Below are positions 1 through 13,424 of a stretch of DNA of 64,000 nt, piece after piece. The notes under the pieces are model-generated. The model saw nothing but the letters and a program-made list of their open reading frames with translations. It searched no databases and was not told where the DNA came from. The DNA comes from Magallana gigas (taxonomy: Eukaryota), in the NCBI RefSeq assembly GCF_963853765.1, contig NC_088858.1, positions 4,340,001 through 4,404,000 on the forward strand, in the 5' to 3' direction. Position 1 is the first letter of the stretch. Each line of letters opens with the position of its first letter. The position numbers were made by a program, and so were the translations under genes.

Positions 1-365
1 TCGGTTCAGCCTTATATACCTAGTCGTTTCAGCCTGATATAATAATTTAGTGTAGTTTGTAGTTTGTGTTTGTTACTGTTATTTTTTTTTAATGTTAAAA
101 GTTTTTGTCAATTAAGATTATTTTGTATCATTAACCAACGTAACCAAAAATTTATGTAGAGATTATAATATGGCAAAAGAAAGTCACTATCACGCGAGCC
201 TTGACAAGTTTTTAAAACTCTGCATGTTCAATCCCTGTAAAATATGTCGTTTTTTATTAGATTATTTATTTCTTCTTGTTAAAAGGAACAGGTTTTTCAT
301 ACATTATTAATCATAGGTTTTAAACTGATTTAGATATACAGAAAATAAACATTGATTTTTACATA

Positions 366-1408
366 GGGTGATTTCACCATGCATCGGACACCTTTGGATT
401 TTTCCCTTTGTTCACGCATCAAATATCGTCCAAATATAAAGAAAGCTTGTTTTAAAAGTTACATGTTTTCCCCTTGCTTAATTATTGGAGAAAAAATTGT
501 GAAATTGTTAAAATTGTAGAAAATAAAGCAAATTAATGAAGTGTTGAACTATTTCACCATGGATCAGACAATATTTACCAAGCATCGGACAGTTATAGCA
601 GTACAGTAGAGATTAAAAATAACAACATTTTCTGGTTTTAATGCAAAAATACAAAGGTTCGGAAAAATTAATTTATTCAATTGCTATTCAGATTTCTTTT
701 AATGTAAATCCTCAAATCTACGTGTTGGAATTTAGACTAGTGCTTCTGTTTAAAGGAATATTTATCATAAGGGGTTCTTTATCGTGCCAGCTCCTACATG
801 AACTTTGGACTAAAAGGGCTGTATCCGTAAAACTCGATTTCAAAGTGGTCCGAGGAAAATGTTTGTATCTATTATTTTTAAAATTTTTATTTTACTTCAC
901 ATTTAAAGTATATCACAAGGAATGGGCACATAATCTCCATATAATTAGAAGAAATCATGCAGTGAAAAGTGTCCGATGCATGGTTAATTTGTGTCCGATC
1001 CATGGTGAAATGAACATATGGTGCAATAATGACCTTGACATTAATTGTTCAAATTTCTTGGACTTATTTTAATCAAATTTTGTTTCAAAACTTACTTCTT
1101 TTTAATTATTTTACGCAGAGAGTGCATTTTTACTAATTCACAACCAAATGCACAACATTCAAATAATGCTTTAGTGTAAAATCTTCGTAACTAAATTTTC
1201 AATAATGGCATATTTGATGTCATTTTACGATGCCTATATTGCTATTTCTTTGACAATGTGACTGTCAAATTCTTAATAATGATAAAGTTCATTTCTTCTA
1301 ATTCAGGAATATAGGAAACAACACATAAGCGCATGCACATTTATTTGTATATTTATAAACAAAGTTGTCCGATCCAAGGTATGTGTCCGATGCATGGTTA
1401 ATTCACCC
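366..1408. mobile_element. Non-autonomous TIR DNA element (MITE-like) with TA target-site duplication
   Basis: Left end TA|GGGTGATTTCACCATGCATCGGACAC (364-391) is the near reverse complement of right end GTGTCCGATGCATGGTTAATTCACCC|TA (1383-1410). The terminal motif recurs internally at ~555-590, ~969-1010 and ~1367. No transposase ORF. Confidence 0.75.
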
Positions 1409-2386
1409 TACTCTCAGAAATGGGTAAAAAACGGGTCTCAGGGTTTTAAGAACTCTGTCGTAATTATGATCAGATCAGGGTTATAAAGTACAAATAACAA
1501 TTCTAGAATAATTTCAAGATAGTTATTTAAAGGTTTTATAATGATATATCTGGTAAAATCATAGATATAATAAATTAGTATTTACGTATTCTATGGGGGA
1601 AATTTAAAATGATGTGTAAAACTAAGTTCAAATGCAAAATAAATCTTTGCTTTATTAGGTACATGCATTGTGTACTGTAATATGGTACTGTAAGACCACA
1701 TTGCGTGTCTATATTTGGTACTTAAGACGTCTTTGCTTAGCATTGATAATGATGGAAATTGAGGGGTGCTTTGTAATATATGAGAAATAAGTGTAGGCAC
1801 AAAGATTCCCTTTTTTTCCCCAAATGATGTGCATGCTCAGGCATATAAGCATACATGGTAGCTACGCCACTGATCTGCTCTTCCGAAAACAAACCTGTAC
1901 ATGCTTCATTTTTTTTAAATCTCTATTACTACTGCAGTACATGTGATCCTTGAATGCTTCACATCACCTTCCAAAAAATTTCCCAAAAAATTTCCCAAAA
2001 AATAGTTCGATAATCTCACAGGACCCCACATTGTTTATAATATATAAAACATCCGAAAATAAGGTGTAACTACACATATATAATAAAACATAGGCCGAAA
2101 CTACTAAGGACGAAACCGTAACTACTAGGGTCCGAACATACCTAGGGTCGAACGCGGGGAATGCCGGGAATGCCGAAACGACTACCATACCTTTGTCCAA
2201 ATATCATTTATATTTAAAGACAGTGACTATGTTTTATCTATATAAACATTCGCAGTAAAATGTTGTCAATATTCAATTACACAAATCTAAAAGTTTATCT
2301 ACCTTGAGTTAAAGCTGGTAACACTGCACTTGCCACAGCGACGCTTTCCAATCTCTACTTTCACTATGACAGGCCGTTTGTTACGT

Positions 2387-2479
2387 ACTTCCGGTACACA
2401 TGAACGTGTTGTTTATTTCGTCGTTGTGTAAAAACTAGGCCTACTGGCTGGTTGGCAAAATTGAGTACTGAATCAAAAG
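2387..2479 (+). promoter_or_regulatory. Probable promoter and non-coding first exon of the Kelch gene
   Basis: ETS-type motif ACTTCCGG at 2387-2394 in a CpG-richer patch, followed by the donor AAAG|GTGAGA at 2479/2480. The coding exon has an upstream acceptor (TTCTTTAG|G at 5723/5724). Confidence 0.45.
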
Positions 2480-2823
2480 GTGAGATAACTTTCTTTTCAT
2501 TTTGAAATTTAATCTTTGAGATGTTTAAAGATTTATTTCATTGTGTTTAAGCTATAGAGATTGTGCCCCGCCCTTACATACCCTCCCCCTCCCCCATCTC
2601 GGGTTAGGGTTCACAAACTTTCAGATTGCGGCTTGGCTAAATAAATTGGATATGGAAAACTAAACGTGGTTTAAAACATATTTAGTAGGAAAATTCTCAT
2701 TTATCATGGTTATATAAAAGTTCCCAACGAGGCTGGATTTAATTTGTTCTGCCCTAACGAATTGGATTTTTAAATGAATTTTTCACATGGATTTTGTCAG
2801 ACAGGTCCAATACAATCACTATA

Positions 2824-3284
2824 CTCTGTCCCAAGATATTTTGAATTCACGTTTGGACGATTTTTGATAAAAATACAATTACCTGTGAAAGAAGTGCAAT
2901 TGAAATAGTTGAAAGGGATATTTTCCAAGATAATTTCATTGACACATTATCATCTTTCACTCGGAAAAATTCACAGGAACGAAAACAGATTCCTTACGGA
3001 GATTTATAATGGGGAATGTTTACATCTTTTCTCCATTCGGAATACACCCGGAATACATCGCGCAATATTTCAACGTTATCATCCGGGCTTGCTGCAATGC
3101 AAAATCTCCGTAGACATCACATTTTTTAGCATTGTATTGAAACCTGAAAAGCTAACAGGGGCGTTTTGACTGAGAAATCTTGGAAATTTTTCATACTTTT
3201 GAATGAACATCGTTTGGATCCTGAGGTATTTATAAAAATCAAACAATTAAGCCAAACGTGAATCCAAAATATCTTGGGACAGAG
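2824..3284. mobile_element. MITE with ~33-bp TIRs and TA TSD
   Basis: TA|CTCTGTCCCAAGATATTTTGAATTCACGTTTGG ... CCAAACGTGAATCCAAAATATCTTGGGACAGAG|TA. Confidence 0.75.
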
Positions 3285-4058
3285 TATAGATTTATCTATG
3301 TAGCTTGATTTACCTACATAGCTTTATTTACCTACCTGAAGTAGATTTATTTAGCTACTCAACCAAACTTTTGTCTCAAATGGGCACTTGTACTAAAAGT
3401 CGCACTCAGGTGCAGCAATAATTTTCAACCTTGAACTGATCTGAAAACAATTCATAAAAATTCACTCTTAGGTCAAGATCTAGTAAGGTGCCTACAGATT
3501 TATAAGATTTTAGATATAAATTTAATTCTTTCAATGATGCTTCATAACAAGAGCTTTGTTTGATAGTATATCTGCCGGGGCAAAATTTTTTGGTAAACAC
3601 AATGAAAAATCATGTTTTATAAACTGTCATTTTTAATGAAAAATGAAGGAAATAAGCAACAAATTTCAGTGTTTTGTCCATTTTTGACAGATAAAATATA
3701 TCTAGAATGCCTACAGTGTCTTCTAAAACGGAATTAAATAAGCTCTTGACCTCCTCTTTAAAATGATGTTGAAATTGAATATAGGTATCAGGATTACTTT
3801 TCCCATGATTTAATATTGAATGTCAAGAAATTGTTGACTTTTCTACATAATTCCTCTAAAGCCGTAAAGTATAGAAAAAGATTCTTCAAATCAATTATGA
3901 CGTTTTAGCACCAAAAATACACTCTGGAATCATTTACTTTTTGTGCAAATGCAGTCAAAGTTTTAAAAGTTTTGGGGCTATGTATAACTGTTTATGTGTT
4001 TCCAAACAGGCTTTTCTAAATGGAACAACAAAGAAGAGCAGTTCTGGTTAACATGATG

Positions 4059-4493
4059 CATAGGCGTCGGAACTGGGGGGGCTGGGGGGCGGGGGGGGGG
4101 GGGGGGGGGCTTAGCCCCCCACTTTTTTTTACAAAGTAAGACCTAACCATTAGGGACATAGCATCATAGAGGGTTCAGCCCCCCCCCCCCCCCTCCAACT
4201 TTTTCTTGCAGCAAAGATAATTGTTCCTAAATTTGCCTTGGAAGATTGAGAAGTTGGAGTTATAGGCATACTAGCCCCCCCCCCCCCCCCCCCCCGGATT
4301 AGGAATTTCATATTTTTGGGGAAAAAAAATTTTGGTTAGGTAAGATTTTTTTTTTTGGAAGTATAGGTACACCCCCCCACCACGGATTAGGATTTCCATG
4401 ATTTTGGGAATTAGGTTTTTTTTTCCTCAATACTTCTGTATTTCTGAGGATTAGTCTAGCCCCCCCACTTTCAATTTGCTTCCGACGCCAGTG
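4059..4493. mobile_element. G/C-tract-rich non-autonomous TIR element with 5-bp TSD
   Basis: TGATG|CATAGGCGTCGGAA ... TTCCGACGCCAGTG|TGATG, with TGATG at 4054-4058 and 4494-4498. Contains long poly-G and poly-C runs. Confidence 0.75.
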
Positions 4494-5734
4494 TGATGAT
4501 TGATTGATAATAATTCAAAACAATATGAAGTAATCACACTTATCCATGCCTCATTGCACACAAGGTGTCATACAGTTAATCAAACAATAGAAATGCATGT
4601 TTTCCTTAAAACTGCTAAAACGCAGCAATGTTTTAACTATTTTTGCTGTAAGTTGCTTTATAGAACTAGCGGTACACAGTACAAATATAGATTGACTGTT
4701 CCTTGCAACTTTTTGTCTATTTTACATAAAATTCGAAATTATATAAAAGTAGCTGTACATGTAAATAAACCTTCTTCAGTTAAGTAAATAAAGCTAATAT
4801 GTAGGTAAATCAAGTTACGAAACTAAAATCTATAGTGATTGTACTGGACCTATCAGATATTGGCTATTTTTTATTTGACAAAATCAGAAATGGTGATCTT
4901 TATAGTATTATTAAAACATTCAGACATATTTAAGTAATAACTATATATATATATATATTATAAAGGGTCATAAATATAAAATATGTGGTTACTGTCTTGA
5001 AATGCATGTATTAATTAATTTAAGCTATATTTAGGCCCACCAGGTAAGAAAACGTGACAGAGGGCTAGGCTTGCTGAACCCTGTTCATGTTTTCGACCCG
5101 AGCCAAAACACTGTGGTTTAATTTTTTTTTTGTGGGTATCAATTTTTGTGGATTCAATGAAAATCACAGTTTCATGGATAAGTAAATTCGTTGACAATGA
5201 TTCTATCAATTAATACAAAATCATAGCAGAAATTGCATTCAATATGAACATTAAATTTTGTAGATCAACTTAAGAATGTAATCCACAAAAATTGGTATTC
5301 ATTGAATATTAATGAAACCACAGTATAGCTTATATAATTACTTCATTAAGACATTTATGTTTATTCTACAATATGATATCATATAAATTTTATGCTTCAA
5401 ATATGCTATTTTCCCCATATTTTGCTGAATATCTGCAGTTGAAACCATAACACCATTGTGTCAACCAGGCAAAAAGATGACATTACAATGCAAATGAAAT
5501 GCTGCACGAAAGCGTGCACACTCGAACTGTACTCAGCCTCGATAATTTGCGTAATATCAGACCAAGATTTGTATATTATGTAAAATATTGTATAATTCTT
5601 AAGGAACTCTTACAAAACTAATTGGATTTCATAAGCTAGGGAATAATTTTGATCAACTTTAGCATGTGCCTGTAAATGTAATTAAGATAAAATCTTTATA
5701 AAGCTATATTTGTTCTTCTTTAGGTAATGGCTAT

Positions 5735-7687
5735 ATGATGGAAGAATCTGTAGACTTCCTCTCTGTCAGGGAGGATGGAACGGAAGATGACATCTTCCAG
5801 CAGCCAGGCCTTGAGAGAGTGATGTACCAAAATGACTCGCACAGTACAACCTTCCTCCAGGAGATGCACGCTCTATATCAAGAGGAAATGCTCACCGACG
5901 TCACACTGAGAGTGGACGGCCAAGCCATACCTTGTCACAAGAATGTCCTGGCAGCGACCAGTGTTTACTTCAAGGCCATGTTTACTCTGGGACTCAGTGA
6001 GACGCTGCAGGATGAAGTGGACCTCAATGAGGTCGAGTATGAAGCTGTCAGGGACCTGGTGGAATATGCATACACTGGTCAGCTAAGAATTACACAAGAT
6101 TCTGTTCAAAGCCTCCTCTCCACTTCAGCGTTATTTCAGATTTTGCCTGTTGTAAAAGCATGTGCCAAATTCCTGGAATCTCAGCTTGATGATTCAAATT
6201 GCATTGGAATTTATCATTTTGCACAAAGTCATGAGTGCAAAGGACTAGCAAACAGAGCTAAAGAAGTGATGGAAAAGAAGTTTCCTGAGGTGTGCAAGTC
6301 AGAGGAATTTTTAAGTCTGCCTCTAGAGAGAGTCAGAAGCATCATCCAAAGTAATGACCTCAATGTGGATTCAGAAGAAGTCATTTTTAATGCGATAGTA
6401 AGTTGGGTAGGTGAGGACTCGGAGAGACACCATGAAATAGCCAAGTTGTTTCCTCATGTAAGACTGTCACTGCTATCATCAGACTTTCTCTGGGATCAGG
6501 TTTCTTCAAATGTTTTTATCAACAGCTGTCCCGAGTGTAAAAGCATCCTAGAAAACTGGAGAATATTTGAGAAGTACCCTAACCGATACCTAGGGCAATA
6601 TAACTTTGACATGACAATGCGTGCTGGAATGATTCGACCAGACCACTGTCTTCTCTTCATTGGAGGATCAGATCTCAGGCTTACTCGGCCCAAATTAAAC
6701 TGTTATAATCCTCTCACTAAGGAAACATTTCTGATGCAAGATTTTCCGACAGAGAGGCTTGACAAAGAATATGAAGTTGAAAATGTTGGCTGTGTTGTCA
6801 GCAAGGAGAACGTTGTTTATGTTGGAGGAGGCAACTATGTTTACCATGATATGGACTTTGATTTTTCAGACTTGGATGACTCGTGTGATGATCTTGAAGA
6901 AAGAGTTGTTAGTAAGGACTTCTTCTGCTTTGATAATGACCACAATAGGTGGATAAAATTGTCCTCCATGTTATTCCCCAAGTCCAACTTCACCTTGGCT
7001 GAATTATCAGGCAGAATCTATTGTTTTGGTGGAGTGACAGATAACCAGCATCCCACTGAGATTATAGAGGTATACGACATTCAGCAGAACAAGTGGAGCT
7101 ACCAGGGCATGCTTCCTACAACAGTGGTGGATCTATCATCTGTCACCTACAAAGACTACATCTTTCTCCTGGGAGGGAGGACAGGGGTGGGGGCACATAA
7201 CTTAGTGGTCATGTACCACCCTGAGAAAGGACATTGGATTACCCGAGCAGGCATACCCACACCCCGATTTAATTTTGGAGCTTGTGTCGTTGATGAAGAG
7301 ATTTATGTTGCGGGCGGCCAAATCTATTCTCATGTGACTCATGCCATTAACAGAGAAGCCTTAAAATCAGTGGAAATATTGAATGTCTCTGAAAACCAGT
7401 GGAGATCTGGACCAGATTTGCCAGTGGGAATGTTCAATGTGGGTTTAGAATTGATCAATGGTGCTCTGTATGCTTGTGGTACAGCTGAAAACAATGTGTC
7501 TGATACTACACAATTTTGTCGCCAGAACATTGTGTGTCGTTTGGATCTGGGCACACTGACATGGCAACAGATTGATGTACTGGGTGACATCAGGAATTAC
7601 AAGTGTATAGCAGCAAAGCTGCACACAAGGAAACTCACACAAGTTTTTCCAGCAAGTGAAGCAGAGGAAGTGGATAATGACCAATAA
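5735..7687 (+). CDS. BTB-BACK-Kelch (KLHL/KBTBD family) protein, 650 aa, single coding exon; likely CUL3 substrate adaptor
   Basis: BTB (LTDVTLRVDGQAIPCHKNVLAATSVYFKAMFT), BACK (NCIGIYHFAQSHEC...SEEVIFNAIVSWV) and Kelch blades with GG...W motifs (IYCFGG, IFLLGG, IYVAGG). The exact orthologue is not recognisable. Confidence 0.93.
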   Translation: MMEESVDFLSVREDGTEDDIFQQPGLERVMYQNDSHSTTFLQEMHALYQEEMLTDVTLRVDGQAIPCHKNVLAATSVYFKAMFTLGLSETLQDEVDLNEVEYEAVRDLVEYAYTGQLRITQDSVQSLLSTSALFQILPVVKACAKFLESQLDDSNCIGIYHFAQSHECKGLANRAKEVMEKKFPEVCKSEEFLSLPLERVRSIIQSNDLNVDSEEVIFNAIVSWVGEDSERHHEIAKLFPHVRLSLLSSDFLWDQVSSNVFINSCPECKSILENWRIFEKYPNRYLGQYNFDMTMRAGMIRPDHCLLFIGGSDLRLTRPKLNCYNPLTKETFLMQDFPTERLDKEYEVENVGCVVSKENVVYVGGGNYVYHDMDFDFSDLDDSCDDLEERVVSKDFFCFDNDHNRWIKLSSMLFPKSNFTLAELSGRIYCFGGVTDNQHPTEIIEVYDIQQNKWSYQGMLPTTVVDLSSVTYKDYIFLLGGRTGVGAHNLVVMYHPEKGHWITRAGIPTPRFNFGACVVDEEIYVAGGQIYSHVTHAINREALKSVEILNVSENQWRSGPDLPVGMFNVGLELINGALYACGTAENNVSDTTQFCRQNIVCRLDLGTLTWQQIDVLGDIRNYKCIAAKLHTRKLTQVFPASEAEEVDNDQ

Positions 7688-8800
7688 CCGTCTGTTTCAT
7701 TTAAAGATTTGTTCAAATATGCATAATATTTTTTAGTTAATGATAATAAACAATTTTAGAGCCGTTTTAATAAGAGTTTTACTTTGGGCAGTATGCGACA
7801 ACCTCAGATTTGATGAAAGCGGGGTCTACTCATGGTCTAAAGTCCAGTCATTGGCTAATGTATATGAATATATTAAACGCAATGACACTAGTCCAACTTC
7901 ATCCTGGAATGTACAAAATGTATCATTTGAAACAGTGTCAATTGCAGACGTTTGAGCAGATCTTGGCAAAAAAAACTCTGATGAAAAATAATGAGCTTTT
8001 CTTGGCAAATTAAAAGAAAGTCAATATTTGACAGTTTGTTTTGATGAGCAAACTAGAGATTTACATCCCCCCGAAAGTCCATGCATTGTTAAAACCGCTG
8101 TAATACATGTATTTCACAATTCATTTTATCTAATTTCATAAGCAAAAAGCTCCTTTTTTTCATCAATGTTTGTCATTCATGTTTGAAATTTGAAATGTGG
8201 TGGAAAAATTAGTATGTTTGGTATTGAAATAAACCAACAAAGTCTGATTTTATTGTTTTTAATATTTTAGTTCTCATGTATTCCAGTATATTTACAATTA
8301 TAATTTCCCAAACGATCACACCTATTTTAATGATTAATAATTTAATAGCATAAAACCACAATTATGTACTCTATTATTTAATGTTTTTGGTACATGAACT
8401 TGACCTGCTACCAAGGAATTTCTCACAGGATTTCCCTTCTATGCTGGACATCGTGTCCTACTCTAACAAGTGCTTAAACAAGATACTTGCAATAAAAGGA
8501 TGTGCACCAAAGTCCTTCTTTTTTAATTATATACATATATTCTTAAAAATACATGCACCCATGTAGACATCTGGGTATGAATTCTTAAATTATAAGCATC
8601 ACTAAAGTTATGCTGTTGCTTACATGTACATATGGATATGGCTGGCAGATTATCATTAACGACATTTTCTATTTTAAATATCACAGATCTTAGATAATAT
8701 AACAAAATATACCACTGTTTCACACAGACACAAAGAACGTCATAAATATATGCACATGATTATGTAGAGTGAATGCAGTTTATTGTCCGTTTTGTTTAAA

Positions 8801-11428
<2,628 letters not shown>

Positions 11429-12714
11429 GTTTATTGGTTAGTTAGTTTCGCATTAAAAGAACAAATAAAAATGTAACAAAATTTCAAAGACTTTTAAAAT
11501 AAATACAATGTAATCAAAGAAAAATCAAATAAGCTAAGAGAGTTTTATTAACATTTTATTAAAAATTATCTTCAGTTCTGATGGAATAATCCGAAACTGT
11601 GGAAATTTTTGCGGGAAAATAAGAGTTTACTTACTTGCTTCATGATCGATAGAGAATCTGGTAGACGCATGTTCATGAACGAATCGAATCAAGTAAAGGT
11701 AATGCAACAGACATATCAATTGATAAATCCATTTTTTACTAAATTTTAGAAAATTCACACTTTTCTTGGAACAGCGACATCAATATTTATGTCTCTGCTT
11801 AGAATAATCAGCTGATCAGATAACTTAAATCTTTTCTTAATATGTTTTACGGTGCGACCGTTGGGGCGAGCACAGCATGTGATCAAACAATGAATTATAA
11901 TAAATCAATAAAAATAAAATTGACAACGTAAAATTTGAATGCAAAAAAATAAAGTAAATAAAGTAAATTTTCATTATTCATAGTTTATCAGATTTGTTAT
12001 AATTTATTTACTTATAAGTAGAACAGTAGTATAATCTCAGATACAATGTTGTTGAATAATAAAGATTTTAATACATAAATATTCATTGCCCTGTATCTCC
12101 TCTTTTAAAGTGGTTGTAACGTCAGTACATCCCCCTTTTTTTGCAGTATACATTTTTTCTTAAACCTACATATAAAACTTGACTCAATTCATAGAGCCCC
12201 CCCCCCCCCCCCCCCCCCATGTTAAAAAAATAATATTTAATTTTTTTTCAATTTACACATAAAATATCGACTTATCATGGATTTGCCCCATCCACTTTTA
12301 AAAAAAAAAATTAATGTTTAATTTTCTTTTTTTTAATTTTATACGCTTAAAAATATTTGCTTATCATATTAATGGAAACCAGTGAACTGCTAAAGAGCTG
12401 AAGGATTAGAATTTTGCTTTTTGCTTGCAAAGATTTTTTGGATGAGGCTGCCATCCACCCACCCAACCCCTTTTTAAAAAAGGCGATGCTACGTGTACGT
12501 TCCAGGAAATTACCGTAATTATAGTGAATAAAATAAATGTGAGTATTCATCCAAACGAGTGCAATTTACAACTGTTTCCTGTATCTGAAGAAATGTCCGT
12601 ATTCTTCAGCTGTTCTTTAGCTTAGCCTTTGCAAGATTTTGAGAGGATTTTGGTCATTTCAGCAGATTTACAATAACTTCAATTAGAGTAATTTCCCCTG
12701 ATCAGTGCTTATTG

Positions 12715-13020
12715 TGACGTCAAAGCTGACGTTGGTTAAGTGCCGTCTGACTCTTTAAAACTCGCCTGAGCAATAAAAGTACGCGAAGTATACCTTTTTA
12801 TTTACTTAAAAAGCGTGATGTTCTTAAAATTACACATCTTATATGGTTCTCAAAAGTTTTACTTTGAATCTCGCGAGAACGTGAGGTTGGAAACCATTGG
12901 TACTATGAATTGTGGGTCAAAATTTACTGACACCGAAAAAATCTATCGGATCAATGTGTAAACCTTTGTGACGTCACTCGATTGTTTTTGATTGAGAGTG
13001 TACTGAGGTGAACTTAAGAG
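12715..13020 (+). promoter_or_regulatory. EXO1 promoter and probable non-coding first exon
   Basis: TGACGTCA palindromes at 12715-12722 and 12969-12976; TTTGAA at 12863-12868 directly followed by TCTCGCGAGA at 12869-12878; donor AAGAG|GTAGCA at 13020/13021. Confidence 0.45.
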
Positions 13021-13424
13021 GTAGCACTGACTGTATGTCGTATACATCGTTATTGTTTTTATATTGTCTTGCTGATTCTCGTGAGAGTGTGAAGTGATAA
13101 AAATTGCCATGTTTACAGAGAACTACTGGGACGATTAAAACAATGCATACTGGTCCGATTTACTGACGCCAAAAAAATCCGTTGAATGAATGTGCAACTA
13201 GTCCGAATTTTCTATTCACACACGCCTTGCCGGTAGAGCTCGCCTCGCTCTGGTGCTGCACGCCAGCGAGCTGCGCTCGCTATAAAACCTTGATGCAATT
13301 GTCATTATGGTCATGGCACTATACACAATACCATGTTAAGCATGTTTAGTTTGTTGGAGTGTATATATTTTTTTGATAAATTCATAGATGTATGAACTGT
13401 TTTTCAGTTCTCGTGTGACAAAGG

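Noticed and set aside
641-1072. 143-aa ORF
   Set aside because: Lies inside a non-autonomous MITE, has AT-rich composition and no transposase motifs.
4010-4046. Possible coding exon ATGGAACAACAAAGAAGAGCAGTTCTG for the Kelch gene
   Set aside because: The only nearby donors (GTTAAC, GTTCTG) are weak and phase 0, whereas the main exon needs phase 1. At most a UTR exon or uORF.
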